A stretch of 64,000 bases of DNA from Polyangiales bacterium. GTDB taxonomy: Bacteria > Myxococcota_A > Polyangia > Polyangiales > Ga0077539. Where the stretch lies: the NCBI GenBank assembly GCA_044229975.1, contig JBGARZ010000005.1, positions 224,001 to 288,000 of the forward strand, read 5' to 3'. The notes beneath the pieces are model-generated. The model ran no database searches. It saw nothing but the letters and a program-made list of their open reading frames with translations, and was not told the DNA's origin. Of the stretch, positions 22,919 to 32,251 are shown one piece after another. How positions within the stretch are numbered: position 1 is the stretch's first letter; each line of letters opens with the position of its first letter. The translations under genes and the position numbers were made by a program.

Positions 22919-24043
22919 ATGGATCGACGATCACTCCTCGGCGCGATCGCGACCGCGCCCGTCGCAGCAGCCTGCAACCGCGCGGTGACCACCCTCACCC
23001 CGCCCAACGAAACGGTGTCCCCCGTGAACGAAGATGTCGTCCGCACCATCGAGCCGCTCGCGTTTCCCTGGCAGACGCCGGACCCCTTCCTGTTCTGCGT
23101 GCATCACGATGACGCGTACCCAGCGGGCAACGAGCAGATGGGCCCCGCGGCCTCGCTCGCGGGCCGCAACATCGGCAGCGACTTCGCCGGCATCGACGGC
23201 TGGCGCATGTATCACGGCGACGTGGTGCCGGGCTTCCCGCAGCACCCGCACCGCGGCTTCGAGACGGTGACCGTGGTGCGCCGCGGGCTCATCGATCACA
23301 GCGACTCGCTCGGGGCCGCCGCGCGCTACGGACACGGCGACGTGCAGTGGCTCACCGCGGGGCGCGGCATCGTGCACGCCGAGATGTTTCCGCTGCTCGA
23401 CCGCAACGCCGCCAACCCGACCGAGCTCTTCCAGATCTGGTTGAACCTCCCCGCCGTCGACAAGATGGCCGAGCCCCACTTCACCATGCTCTGGAACAAC
23501 TCCATCCCCCGCCACACCGCCCACGACGCCGCCGGTCGCGCGACCGAAGTCACCCTCGTCGCGGGTCACCTCGGCGAGACGCGTCCCCCGTCGCCGCCGC
23601 CGAAGTCGTGGGCCTCGCGCCCCGACAGCGACGTCGCCATCTGGACCCTCAAGATGGCCCCGGGCGCGCGCTTCACGCTCCCGACCGTCGCCGCGGGCAC
23701 CAACCGAACGCTCTACTTCTTCCGCGGTCAGCGGGCGCGCGTGGGCAACCGGGAGGTTCCGGCGCAGCACGCGGTGAAGCTCCGCGACACGGTCGCTGCC
23801 GTGGTGGAGAACGGCCCCGACGAGGGAGAGTTTCTGTTGCTCCAGGGCAAGCCCATCGGCGAGCCCGTCGCGCAGCACGGGCCCTTCGTGATGAACACCC
23901 GCGCGGAGATCCAGCAGGCCTTCGCGGACTACCAGCGCACGCGCTTCGGCGGCTGGCCCTGGCCCAGCGACGGGCCCGTCCACGGTCGCGACGGGAGCCG
24001 CTTCGCGCGCCGCCCCGACGGCACCATCGAGCGCTCGGGATAG
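22919..24043 (+). CDS. Pirin family protein (possible Tat/lipoprotein leader)
   Basis: DPFL, GFPQHPHRGFETVT, GRGIVHAE, QIWLNLP and GPFVMN motifs. Confidence 0.92.
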   Translation: MDRRSLLGAIATAPVAAACNRAVTTLTPPNETVSPVNEDVVRTIEPLAFPWQTPDPFLFCVHHDDAYPAGNEQMGPAASLAGRNIGSDFAGIDGWRMYHGDVVPGFPQHPHRGFETVTVVRRGLIDHSDSLGAAARYGHGDVQWLTAGRGIVHAEMFPLLDRNAANPTELFQIWLNLPAVDKMAEPHFTMLWNNSIPRHTAHDAAGRATEVTLVAGHLGETRPPSPPPKSWASRPDSDVAIWTLKMAPGARFTLPTVAAGTNRTLYFFRGQRARVGNREVPAQHAVKLRDTVAAVVENGPDEGEFLLLQGKPIGEPVAQHGPFVMNTRAEIQQAFADYQRTRFGGWPWPSDGPVHGRDGSRFARRPDGTIERSG

Positions 24044-24131
24044 GCGTCGAAGAAAAATCTTCGACCCCTCCGTAGGGACTCCAGAGGGCCGCGCGTCCGT
24101 AGAGATGTTCGCAACGCCCACGGAGGCCAAC

Positions 24132-24569
24132 ATGAACTCATCCACGCTCTTCGGCTCTGCCCTCATCGCCCTCTTCGGAACCGTCGCCCTCGGGTCGACC
24201 GACGCCCACGCGCAGCAGTTCAACCGCTTCGACCGCGGTCGCCCGGTCGTCGTCGCGCAGCCCGCGCGCCCCGTGATCGTCACGCAGCCCGCGCGCCCGG
24301 TCTTCGTCGCCCGCCCGGTGGCGCAGCCCGTGTACGTGCAGCCGGTAGCGCAGCCCGTGTACGTGCAGCCCGTCGCCGCCCAGCCGGTGTACCAGCAGCC
24401 GGTGTACGCCCCCCGGTATGTCCGTGGCCGCGATCTCCGCGCCCAGGCCGCCCGCGCCGAGGCGATGCGCATCCAGGCCATTCGCGAGGCCCAGCTCAGG
24501 GCGCAGCGCGAGGCGATGGAGCGGGCGCGCATGCAGGGCCGCGGCGCGTGGGGCCACAACCACCGCTGA
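24132..24569 (+). CDS. Secreted low-complexity protein with QPVYV repeats
   Basis: GGAGG RBS, signal peptide (AHA|Q), and tandem AQP(A/V)xxV repeats. Confidence 0.65.
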   Translation: MNSSTLFGSALIALFGTVALGSTDAHAQQFNRFDRGRPVVVAQPARPVIVTQPARPVFVARPVAQPVYVQPVAQPVYVQPVAAQPVYQQPVYAPRYVRGRDLRAQAARAEAMRIQAIREAQLRAQREAMERARMQGRGAWGHNHR

Positions 24570-24615
24570 GCGCACCACCGCGTGGCCCCGGATCGGCGCT
24601 ATAGCCTCCGGGGCC

Positions 24616-25365
24616 ATGAGCCCCTCGCTCCTCTCTCCTCGCTTCACTCCTCCCGACCAGCTCATCGACGCCCTCCGCCGCGACGGCTACGCGGTGCTCG
24701 CTCCCTCCGCTCTCGCGGCGTGGGGCCACGTCACCCCCGCCGCCCTCGACGCGCTCCGCCCCGACTGGAACGCCCTCCCCCTCGACGCCCACCTCCGCGA
24801 CGGCGGTCGCTACCGACGGCGTCGTCACTCGTGCTTCGTCGTCGACGCCGATGGGGTCGAGCCCGTCGCGCACCGCGCCCACTGGCAGCCCGTCGAGTAC
24901 AACGCGCTGCACGGCGGACTCCAGCGGTGGTTCGAGCCGATGCTCCCCGCGACCGTCACATCGCGCGACTGGAAGCTCCTCCTCCGCGCCCTCGCCGCCT
25001 CCGCGTCCGCGCTGCGCCCGGAGGTGTCGCGCTGGTACGTCGAGGCGCACCAGTTTCGCATCGACACCACCGACGGCATCGGCCGCCCGACACCCGAAGG
25101 CGCGCACCGCGACGGCGTCGACCTCGTGGCCGTCATGCTCGTCGACCGCGCGGGCGTGAAGGGCGGCGAGACGCGGGTGTTCGAGGCCGACGGTCCGCGC
25201 GGCGAGCGCTTCACCCTGACCGAGCCGTGGACGCTGCTGCTCCTCGACGACGCGCGGGTCATCCACGAGAGCACGCCGGTGCAGCCCACGAGCGACGACG
25301 GTCACCGCGACACGCTGGTCATCACGCTGCGCGCGGGAGCCTTCCAGGGCGCTGAGGTGCCGTGA
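24616..25365 (+). CDS. 2OG-Fe(II) dioxygenase family protein (BsmA-like)
   Basis: DGGRYRRRR, HQFRI, PTPEGAHRDG, HESTP and RDTLVIT motifs. Confidence 0.85.
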   Translation: MSPSLLSPRFTPPDQLIDALRRDGYAVLAPSALAAWGHVTPAALDALRPDWNALPLDAHLRDGGRYRRRRHSCFVVDADGVEPVAHRAHWQPVEYNALHGGLQRWFEPMLPATVTSRDWKLLLRALAASASALRPEVSRWYVEAHQFRIDTTDGIGRPTPEGAHRDGVDLVAVMLVDRAGVKGGETRVFEADGPRGERFTLTEPWTLLLLDDARVIHESTPVQPTSDDGHRDTLVITLRAGAFQGAEVP

Positions 25366-25487
25366 AGGCAGGGCGCGCGGAGTGTGCGCGGCTCTCCGCG
25401 CAGCGCGGCGGATTCATACATTGAAGAGCCCTTGGCGGTGCCGCTACGGTGGAGTTGTCGCTCCACCTGCGAGGAGGTTGACCGCCC

Positions 25488-26990
25488 ATGACCATCGACC
25501 CCGTCCAGCGTCGTCCCATCGAGGCGCATCTGCCGACCATGCACGTCGGCCGCTACCAGCTCATCACGCCGCTCGGTCGCGGCGCGATGGCCACCGTGCA
25601 CCTCGCCCGCAGCGTCGGGAGCGCCGGCTTCGAGCGCCTCGCCGCCGTGAAGGCGCTGCACCGCGACCTCTGCTCCGATCGCGACCTGGTCGAGCGCTTC
25701 CTCGACGAGGCACGGCTCGCGGCACGGCTGCACCACCCCAACGCCGCGGCCATCCTCGACGTCGGCGTCGACGGCTGGCAGCCGTACATGGTCATGGACT
25801 ACGTCGAGGGCGACACGCTCCACGCCGTCCAGTGCACCGCCGTCTCCCGCCGAGAAGCGCTGCCGCTGGGTGTCGTGCTGCGCGTGGTGCTCGACGCGCT
25901 CGCGGGCCTCGACGCCGCCCACGAGCTGCGCTCCGCCGAGGGCGAACCGCTCGGTCTCATCCACCGCGACGTCTCGCCGCACAACGTCCTCGTCGGGGTC
26001 GACGGCGTCGCGCGGCTCATGGACTTCGGCATCGCCCGCGCGGCCACCCGACGACGCGCGACGGCCAACGGCATCGTGCAGGGCAACGTGCAGTTCATGG
26101 CCCCCGAGCAGCTCCGCGGGCGAGCGCTCGACCGCCGCGCGGACGTCTTCTCCATGGGCGTCACGCTGTGGGAGACGCTCGCGCTGCGACGGTGCTTCCC
26201 GCTGCGGGAGGGCGCTTCGATGGCGCGCTTCGCGCTCGAAGAGTACCGCTCGCTCGGGGAGCACGCGCCCGAGGCTCCGGCCGCGCTCGACGCCATCTGC
26301 CGACGCGCGCTGGCCGTCGAGCCCGACGACCGCTACGCCACCGCGGCGGCCTTCGCCTCCGCCATCGAAGAAGCCTTCGGACGCGACGTCGCGACGCAGC
26401 GCGAGCTCGGGCAGTTCATGTCCGCGGTGGCGGCCGAGAAGGTGGCGCGCGAGCGCAACGCCGCCCGCGCATCGGCGCAACCGCTGCCGGGACGAACAGA
26501 GGCCGCGCTCTCGCTGCGAACCACGGCGGCCGACCAGGGAGGGCGCTTTCCGGCCATCGCCACCGCGCTCCAGAACAAGCTCAGCACCCGTCGCTTTGGC
26601 GCGCTCCCGTCGCCCGCGGGCGCGGGGTCGCTCTACGACGCCGTCACGCAGGCGCTCTTCCGCCGCAGCCATGCGACCCGCCACGTCATCGCTCCGTGTC
26701 CCGAGCCGGCGACGGTCAAGGTGCGCGCGATGCCTTCGCGGCCGCCGTCGTTTGCCGCGCGGCCCACGTTGCGCCCGGCGCGTTCGTCCGCTCGTCCACC
26801 GCCCACGGGGCTCGACGGGCCCACGCGTCCGATGTCGGCGCTACGTCGCTCGCGTGCGCCCGCGGCGCTGTTGCTGGCGGCACCGGCGCCACAACGGACG
26901 CGCTGGTTTGGCGGGCTGCGGGCGCTGGCCGCGAGGCTCTGGTCGCGGTGGGGCGGAGTTGTTCGGGGTGAGAGAATTGAACTCCCATAG
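25488..26990 (+). CDS. Hanks-type Ser/Thr protein kinase
   Basis: GRGAMATV, HRDVSPHNV, DFGIA and MAPEQ motifs. The stop codon lies inside the antisense tRNA-Gln. Confidence 0.9.
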   Translation: MTIDPVQRRPIEAHLPTMHVGRYQLITPLGRGAMATVHLARSVGSAGFERLAAVKALHRDLCSDRDLVERFLDEARLAARLHHPNAAAILDVGVDGWQPYMVMDYVEGDTLHAVQCTAVSRREALPLGVVLRVVLDALAGLDAAHELRSAEGEPLGLIHRDVSPHNVLVGVDGVARLMDFGIARAATRRRATANGIVQGNVQFMAPEQLRGRALDRRADVFSMGVTLWETLALRRCFPLREGASMARFALEEYRSLGEHAPEAPAALDAICRRALAVEPDDRYATAAAFASAIEEAFGRDVATQRELGQFMSAVAAEKVARERNAARASAQPLPGRTEAALSLRTTAADQGGRFPAIATALQNKLSTRRFGALPSPAGAGSLYDAVTQALFRRSHATRHVIAPCPEPATVKVRAMPSRPPSFAARPTLRPARSSARPPPTGLDGPTRPMSALRRSRAPAALLLAAPAPQRTRWFGGLRALAARLWSRWGGVVRGERIELP

Positions 26991-27033
26991 CGGGCACCAA
27001 AAACCCGCGTCCTAACCGTTGGACGAACCCCGA
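26962..27033 (-). tRNA. tRNA-Gln (anticodon UUG)
   Basis: Cloverleaf TCGGGGT/ACCCCGA acceptor, GTCC/GGAC D-stem, CGGGT-TTTTGGT-GCCCG anticodon arm, GGGAG-TTCAATT-CTCTC T-arm. Has the U1-A72 pair, and CCA is not encoded. Confidence 0.93.
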
Positions 27034-27117
27034 TCGGGTTCCCCGTCTAGCGTGACGAGGAGCGCACCCTAGCGCAGCCGCTCCGCCTCCGACAACCCCG
27101 TGTGTGACACGCCGGTA

Positions 27118-27444
27118 CTACCGACACGTCTCCGTGTACGCATCCGCCGTCAGCCCCGGTCGGCACCCTTCCCCCTCGCACGAGTTCGACCCCGGCCGAC
27201 GACAACAGTGCTGCCCGGCCGCTCCGCACGGTCGACACATCCACTGCCCGCGTCGCCACCCTGGCTCCCCAGGGAAGTGGATGATCTCGCACCGCAACAC
27301 ACTGCTGTCACAGCACTCCAGCACGCCCGGTCGACACGTCTGCCCATCGCGCGAGCACGTCGCCCGCTCCGGCTGCCCCACTGCCACCGGCGCCTCCGTC
27401 ACCAGCACCGCCGCCACCCACCACGCCCACGCGTTGACCTTCAT
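27118..27444 (-). CDS. Small secreted 12-Cys protein
   Basis: Hydrophobic N-terminus, then C-x6-C-x6-CC-x6-C and C-x6-CC-x7-C patterns. It fills the gap between the tRNA and pdp. Confidence 0.55.
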   Translation of the reverse strand: MKVNAWAWWVAAVLVTEAPVAVGQPERATCSRDGQTCRPGVLECCDSSVLRCEIIHFPGEPGWRRGQWMCRPCGAAGQHCCRRPGSNSCEGEGCRPGLTADAYTETCR

Positions 27445-27490
27445 CGACGCCTCCCGGTCACGTCGCTGGTGATACCCTCCGCGCCCTCCC

Positions 27491-28801
27491 ATGGCACGCA
27501 CCACCCCCGAACTCCTCGCCGCCAAGCGCGACGGCCACGCCCTGTCCGCCGACGAGATCCGCTCGCTCATCGCGGGCTTCACCCGCGGCGACGTCGCCGA
27601 CTACCAGATGAGCGCCTTCGCCATGGCGGTGCTCCTGCGCGGCATGACGCCCGACGAGACCGTCGCCCTCACGCTCGCCATGCGCGACTCCGGGACCGTC
27701 GTCGACCTCTCCGCCATCCCCGCCCGCAAGGTCGACAAGCACTCCACCGGCGGCGTCGGCGACAAGGTCTCCCTCGCCCTCGCGCCCCTCGTCGCCGCGT
27801 GTGGTGTCGCCGTCCCGATGATCTCGGGCCGCGGCCTCGGCCACACCGGCGGCACGCTCGACAAGCTCGAAGCCATCCCCGGCTTCTCCGTCGACCTCTC
27901 CATCGAGCGCTTCCGTGAGCTCGTCCGCGACGTCGGAACCTGCATGATCGGCCAGACCGCCGAGCTCGCCCCCGCCGACAAGAAGCTCTACGCGCTGCGC
28001 GACGTCACCGCGACCGTCGAGTCCATCCCCCTCATCGTCGCGAGCATCCTCTCCAAGAAGCTCGCCGAGGGCATCGACGGCCTCGTGCTCGACGTGAAGT
28101 TCGGCAGCGGCGCCTTCATGAAGACGCCCGACCTCGCCCGCGACCTCGCGCGCAACCTCGTCGACGTCGCGCGCGGCGGCGGAAAAGACTGCGTCGCCTG
28201 GCTCACGCGCATGGACCGCCCGCTCGGCCGCACCGTCGGCAACTCCCTGGAGACCATCGAAGCCTTCGAGCTCCTCCACGGGCGCGGACCCGATGATCTC
28301 CGCGAGGTCACCCTCACCCTCGGCGCCTCCATGCTCGTCATGGGCCGCGTCGCCGCCGATGACACCGCCGCCCGCGCGCTGCTCCTCGCCGCCATCGCCG
28401 ATGGCCGCGCCGCCAGGGTCGCCCGCGCCATGGTCGCCGCGCAGGGCGGTGACCCGCGCGCCGTCGATGACCCCACCACTTTCGCCGTCGCTCCCGTGGT
28501 CGTGCCCTTCCGCGCGCCCTCCGCTGGGACGCTGCTCGCCATCGACACCCACGCGGTCGGCATCGCCGGCGTCGAGATGGGCGCCGGCCGCGCGCGCACC
28601 ACCGACGTGATCGACCCCGCCGTCGGGTTCGTCTTCGCGCACAACGTCGGCGACCGCGTCTCCGCCGGGGACGCCATCGCCATGGTCCACGCCCGCGACG
28701 CTGCGAGCGCCGAGCGCGCCGTCGAGCGACTCACCCGCGCCGTCACCGTCGGCGACGGTGAGGTCGAGAACGTTCCGCTCATCCTCGAACGCGTCGGTTG
28801 A
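27491..28801 (+). CDS. pdp: Pyrimidine-nucleoside/thymidine phosphorylase
   Basis: DKHSTGGVGDK, MISGRGLGHTGGTLDKLEAIPG and SILSKK motifs. Confidence 0.95.
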   Translation: MARTTPELLAAKRDGHALSADEIRSLIAGFTRGDVADYQMSAFAMAVLLRGMTPDETVALTLAMRDSGTVVDLSAIPARKVDKHSTGGVGDKVSLALAPLVAACGVAVPMISGRGLGHTGGTLDKLEAIPGFSVDLSIERFRELVRDVGTCMIGQTAELAPADKKLYALRDVTATVESIPLIVASILSKKLAEGIDGLVLDVKFGSGAFMKTPDLARDLARNLVDVARGGGKDCVAWLTRMDRPLGRTVGNSLETIEAFELLHGRGPDDLREVTLTLGASMLVMGRVAADDTAARALLLAAIADGRAARVARAMVAAQGGDPRAVDDPTTFAVAPVVVPFRAPSAGTLLAIDTHAVGIAGVEMGAGRARTTDVIDPAVGFVFAHNVGDRVSAGDAIAMVHARDAASAERAVERLTRAVTVGDGEVENVPLILERVG

Positions 28802-28805
28802 ACCT

Positions 28806-29837
28806 CTACCGCGGAGCGTCGACGGCAGGGCCGCCGTCGCGGTCCATCGGAGAGACCACCGACTCGCAGAACGCACCGGGTCGCACGGCGCCAAGCCGCA
28901 TCACGGTGCTGCTCAGCGCGCATCGTGTGCCCTGGTCACGGCAGTCGACGTCCGACGCGCATCGTCGACGACACTGCGCCGCGTAGCACTCGAACAGCTC
29001 GGGCAGATCGCCCGGCAGCACGCAGTCCGTCGACACCGCGCACGCCCGCGGCCGCGACGGCACCGCGCCGACATAGAACGCCTCCGCCACGCTGGTCGCC
29101 ACGACCCGCCCCCCGCGGATCGCATACACGAACCACCAGTACTGCCCGGTCGGCAGCGTGTCGCCACCCCACGGCGGACCGAAGGCACCGTCGCGCGAGA
29201 CGCCCCGATGACCGAAGCGAACGGGCACCGTCCCGTCGACCGCACGACCATCACCCAGGGTGTTGCCCGGCTCCGCCGTCGACCACGCCCAGGTCACCGC
29301 CGACCAGTTGCTGATGCGACCGCGCGCAGGATCGAACGATGGCGGCTGTCGCGACACCATCGCCACCGTGATGGCGTCCGCGGCGCCCCGCAGCGGCTGC
29401 CAGCGGAAGGAGAATCCCGTCGTCGGGAAGAGCTCGGTGTCCTGCGTCGGACCTTCGAGCTCGATGCGCCCCTCCACTGGAAACACCGCCCGCGACGGCG
29501 GTTGAAACGAACACCGCCCGCGACCATCGGGCGCCACCGTCGACAGGTCACAGCGCGCATCGGGGTAGCACTGACCTTCGATGGGGGCCTCGGGGTCGCA
29601 GGTTCCGAGCGGGGGCGTGCAGTAGCCGACGGGGTTGCCGCCCACGCGAACGCAGACCTCGTTGCGCGAGCGGCAGTCCGTCGTGCGCTGACATTCTTCC
29701 CTCGCCCCGGCGTCGATGCTCGCGTCGAGCTCGGGGAGGTTGCTCACGCCCCTGTTAGCGTCGGCGCAGGCCGCGAGGCACCACGCACCAAGCGCCACCA
29801 CGAGGCCGGAGAGCAGCACGCTGTAGCTACGGTTCAT
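28806..29837 (-). CDS. Cys-rich lipoprotein, tandem paralogue 2
   Basis: Lipobox LAAC. Nearly identical to the upstream gene over most of its length. Confidence 0.8.
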   Translation of the reverse strand: MNRSYSVLLSGLVVALGAWCLAACADANRGVSNLPELDASIDAGAREECQRTTDCRSRNEVCVRVGGNPVGYCTPPLGTCDPEAPIEGQCYPDARCDLSTVAPDGRGRCSFQPPSRAVFPVEGRIELEGPTQDTELFPTTGFSFRWQPLRGAADAITVAMVSRQPPSFDPARGRISNWSAVTWAWSTAEPGNTLGDGRAVDGTVPVRFGHRGVSRDGAFGPPWGGDTLPTGQYWWFVYAIRGGRVVATSVAEAFYVGAVPSRPRACAVSTDCVLPGDLPELFECYAAQCRRRCASDVDCRDQGTRCALSSTVMRLGAVRPGAFCESVVSPMDRDGGPAVDAPR

Positions 29838-30853
29838 CGCGGCGCATCGACGGCAGGTCCGCCGTCACGGTCAATCGGGGTGACCACCGTCTCGCAGAAC
29901 GCACCGGGTCGCACGGCGCCAAGCCGCATCACGGTGCCGCTCAGCGCGCATCGTGTGCCCTGGTCGCGGCAGTCGACGTCCGACGCGCATCGCCGACGGC
30001 ACTGCGCCGCGTAGCACTCGAACAGCTCGGGCAGGTCGCCCGGCAGCACACAGTCCGTCGACGCCGCGCACGCCAGCGGCCGCGACGGCGTCGCCCCCAC
30101 GACGAACGCCTGCGCCACGCTCGTGGCGATCACCCGCCCCCCGCGGATCGCATACACGAACCACCAGTACGACCCCGCTGGCAGCGTGTCGCTCTCCCAC
30201 GCCGGACCGAAGGCACCGTCTCGCGAGACGCCCCGATGACCGAAGCGCACCGGCACGGTCCCATCGACCGCGCGACCGTCGCCGAGGGTGTTGCCCGGCT
30301 CCGCCGTCGACCACGCCCAGGTCACCGCCGACCAGTTGCTGATGCGCCCACGCGCCGGATCGAACGACGGCGGTTGTCGCGACACCATCGCCACCATCAC
30401 CACGTCGCCACCGTCCCGCAGCGGCTGCCAGCGGAAGGAGAAGCCCGTCGTCGGGAAGAGCTCGGTGTCCTGCGTCGGACCTTCGAGCTCGATGCGCCCC
30501 TCCACCGGAAACACCGCCCGCGACGGCGGCTGAAACGAACATCGCCCGCGACCATCGGGCGCCACCGTCGACAGGTCGCAGCGCGCGTCGGGGTAGCACT
30601 GCCCCTCGATCGGAGCCTCCGGGTCGCAGGTCCCCGATGGCACCTCGCAGAAGGCGTTGATGCCATCGCGGCGCATGCACACCTCGTTGCGCGAGTCGCA
30701 GTCCGCCGTGCGGTTGCAGCGCTCCCCGACCGTCGCCCCCGCGTCCACCGCAGGACTGGGAAGGCTGGTCGCAGCGTCGCTCCCACACGCCAGGAGCAGC
30801 CACGACCCAAGCACCAGCGCGAGGGTGGACAGCAGCGGGCGGACGGCGTTCAT
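29834..30853 (-). CDS. Cys-rich lipoprotein, tandem paralogue 1
   Basis: Lipobox LLAC, with ATGA overlaps to both neighbouring genes. Confidence 0.8.
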   Translation of the reverse strand: MNAVRPLLSTLALVLGSWLLLACGSDAATSLPSPAVDAGATVGERCNRTADCDSRNEVCMRRDGINAFCEVPSGTCDPEAPIEGQCYPDARCDLSTVAPDGRGRCSFQPPSRAVFPVEGRIELEGPTQDTELFPTTGFSFRWQPLRDGGDVVMVAMVSRQPPSFDPARGRISNWSAVTWAWSTAEPGNTLGDGRAVDGTVPVRFGHRGVSRDGAFGPAWESDTLPAGSYWWFVYAIRGGRVIATSVAQAFVVGATPSRPLACAASTDCVLPGDLPELFECYAAQCRRRCASDVDCRDQGTRCALSGTVMRLGAVRPGAFCETVVTPIDRDGGPAVDAPR

Positions 30854-32160
30854 GGCTCGACTCCAACTCCGATCAGGGCGCCGAGTTGCACGAGCGATGC
30901 CATCTCCGTCGAGATGGTCGCCGCGCCCAGGTTGCTGAACTGCCGCCCCCGCGGCCCCACCCCCGGAACCCACAGCGTCCGCAGCCCCGCGAACACCGTC
31001 CACGGCCCCGCGAAGCGCAGCCCCACCAGCAGATCGCCCACCAGCCCGACGCGCGCGACCGCTTCGGAGAGCAGCGTTCCGTCGGTGCGCCGCTCTTCAC
31101 CGCGCGCGGCCACGGCGCCCGAGACCAGCGCGGTCAGTCGGAGGCGGTCGCCTGTGCCGCCAGGGGCCACCGTGACACCGCCGCCCAGCTCCAGGAGGCC
31201 GAAGCTCGCCGACGTCGCTCCGTCGGCCGCCACCTGGGTCGTCGGGCCCACCAGCTCGGTGTCGCGCGAGTACCCACCAAAGGCCGCTCCGAGGTGCGCC
31301 ACCGCGCGAACGCAGGTGTCCGCGAGGGGACACGTCTCGCCCGTGCGGCTGCTGCGGGTCGGGACGTCCACCGCGAGCAGGGCGCCCGCACCGTCTGCCT
31401 GGAGGAAGCCCAAGGTCGCACCGAGGCGCAGCGAGAGGCCGCCCAGCACGTGACCCGCGTAGTGCGCCGTCACGGCGACGCTGCGCGACGGATCGGTCGC
31501 AGAGAAGCCCGCGCTGGCCAGACCGAAGGAGGGCGTGCGTACCGCGAGACCGACGTCGCCGGGCGTGGCGGCGAGGGAGACCACGCACCAGTGCGATCCG
31601 GTGGGCGGGGACTCGCCCGCGCAGGTTCCGCGGAAGACCTCGGCCTCGCGCTCGCTGCGGGCGTCGGGGCGTAGATCGACCTCGCGCAGACCCGCGGCGG
31701 TGAGCTCGCGGTGGGTGCCGGAGCGCTCGATCTGCACGGCGAGGGAGACGTCGCGAGCGCGCGGGACGAGGGTGATGCGAATCTGGCGGGCGGAGGTTCC
31801 GGCGGCGGGGAGCTGGGCTTCGCAGCCGAAGTAGCGGCGTGAGGCGAGGCCGTCGACGCGCAGGGTGTACGAGCCGTCGGTGGGCAGCGTGATGAAGCGA
31901 CGAAGGGGCGCGCCGGCCTCATCGTCCTCGCGAACGCGGGTGGGCAGCGGGTCGCTCGCGCCGTACGCGACGGGGATGAGCGCGCCGACGTCACCGGGCG
32001 TGAGGCGCTCGCCGGAGAGGGCGTCGATGAAGTCGAAGACGTGCTCGGTGCCGAGGCTGGCGCGGAGGGTCTCCTCGACGGGCGCGACGGGTCGCGGCTG
32101 CGGATCGCTCGCGGGGACGAGCTCGATGGCACAACGAAGCTGGGCGGCGAGGAGAAGCAT
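30850..32160 (-). CDS. Hypothetical protein with probable C-terminal outer-membrane beta-barrel
   Basis: Alternating Gly/hydrophobic strands in the C-terminal half. First gene of a translationally coupled 3-gene operon. Start uncertain. Confidence 0.55.
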   Translation of the reverse strand: MLLLAAQLRCAIELVPASDPQPRPVAPVEETLRASLGTEHVFDFIDALSGERLTPGDVGALIPVAYGASDPLPTRVREDDEAGAPLRRFITLPTDGSYTLRVDGLASRRYFGCEAQLPAAGTSARQIRITLVPRARDVSLAVQIERSGTHRELTAAGLREVDLRPDARSEREAEVFRGTCAGESPPTGSHWCVVSLAATPGDVGLAVRTPSFGLASAGFSATDPSRSVAVTAHYAGHVLGGLSLRLGATLGFLQADGAGALLAVDVPTRSSRTGETCPLADTCVRAVAHLGAAFGGYSRDTELVGPTTQVAADGATSASFGLLELGGGVTVAPGGTGDRLRLTALVSGAVAARGEERRTDGTLLSEAVARVGLVGDLLVGLRFAGPWTVFAGLRTLWVPGVGPRGRQFSNLGAATISTEMASLVQLGALIGVGVEP

Positions 32161-32251
32161 CGGGAAGGAGAGTCCGACGGTATCACCGTGCAGCCCTCGC
32201 ATTGAACCCGTCGCCCCAACGGGTGTACTCGCGCGCTCACCAAACCCCACC

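Noticed and set aside
28806..30853. Diversity-generating retroelement TR/VR pair
   Set aside because: There is no reverse transcriptase in the window. Both copies are full genes, and the differences are not adenine-specific.
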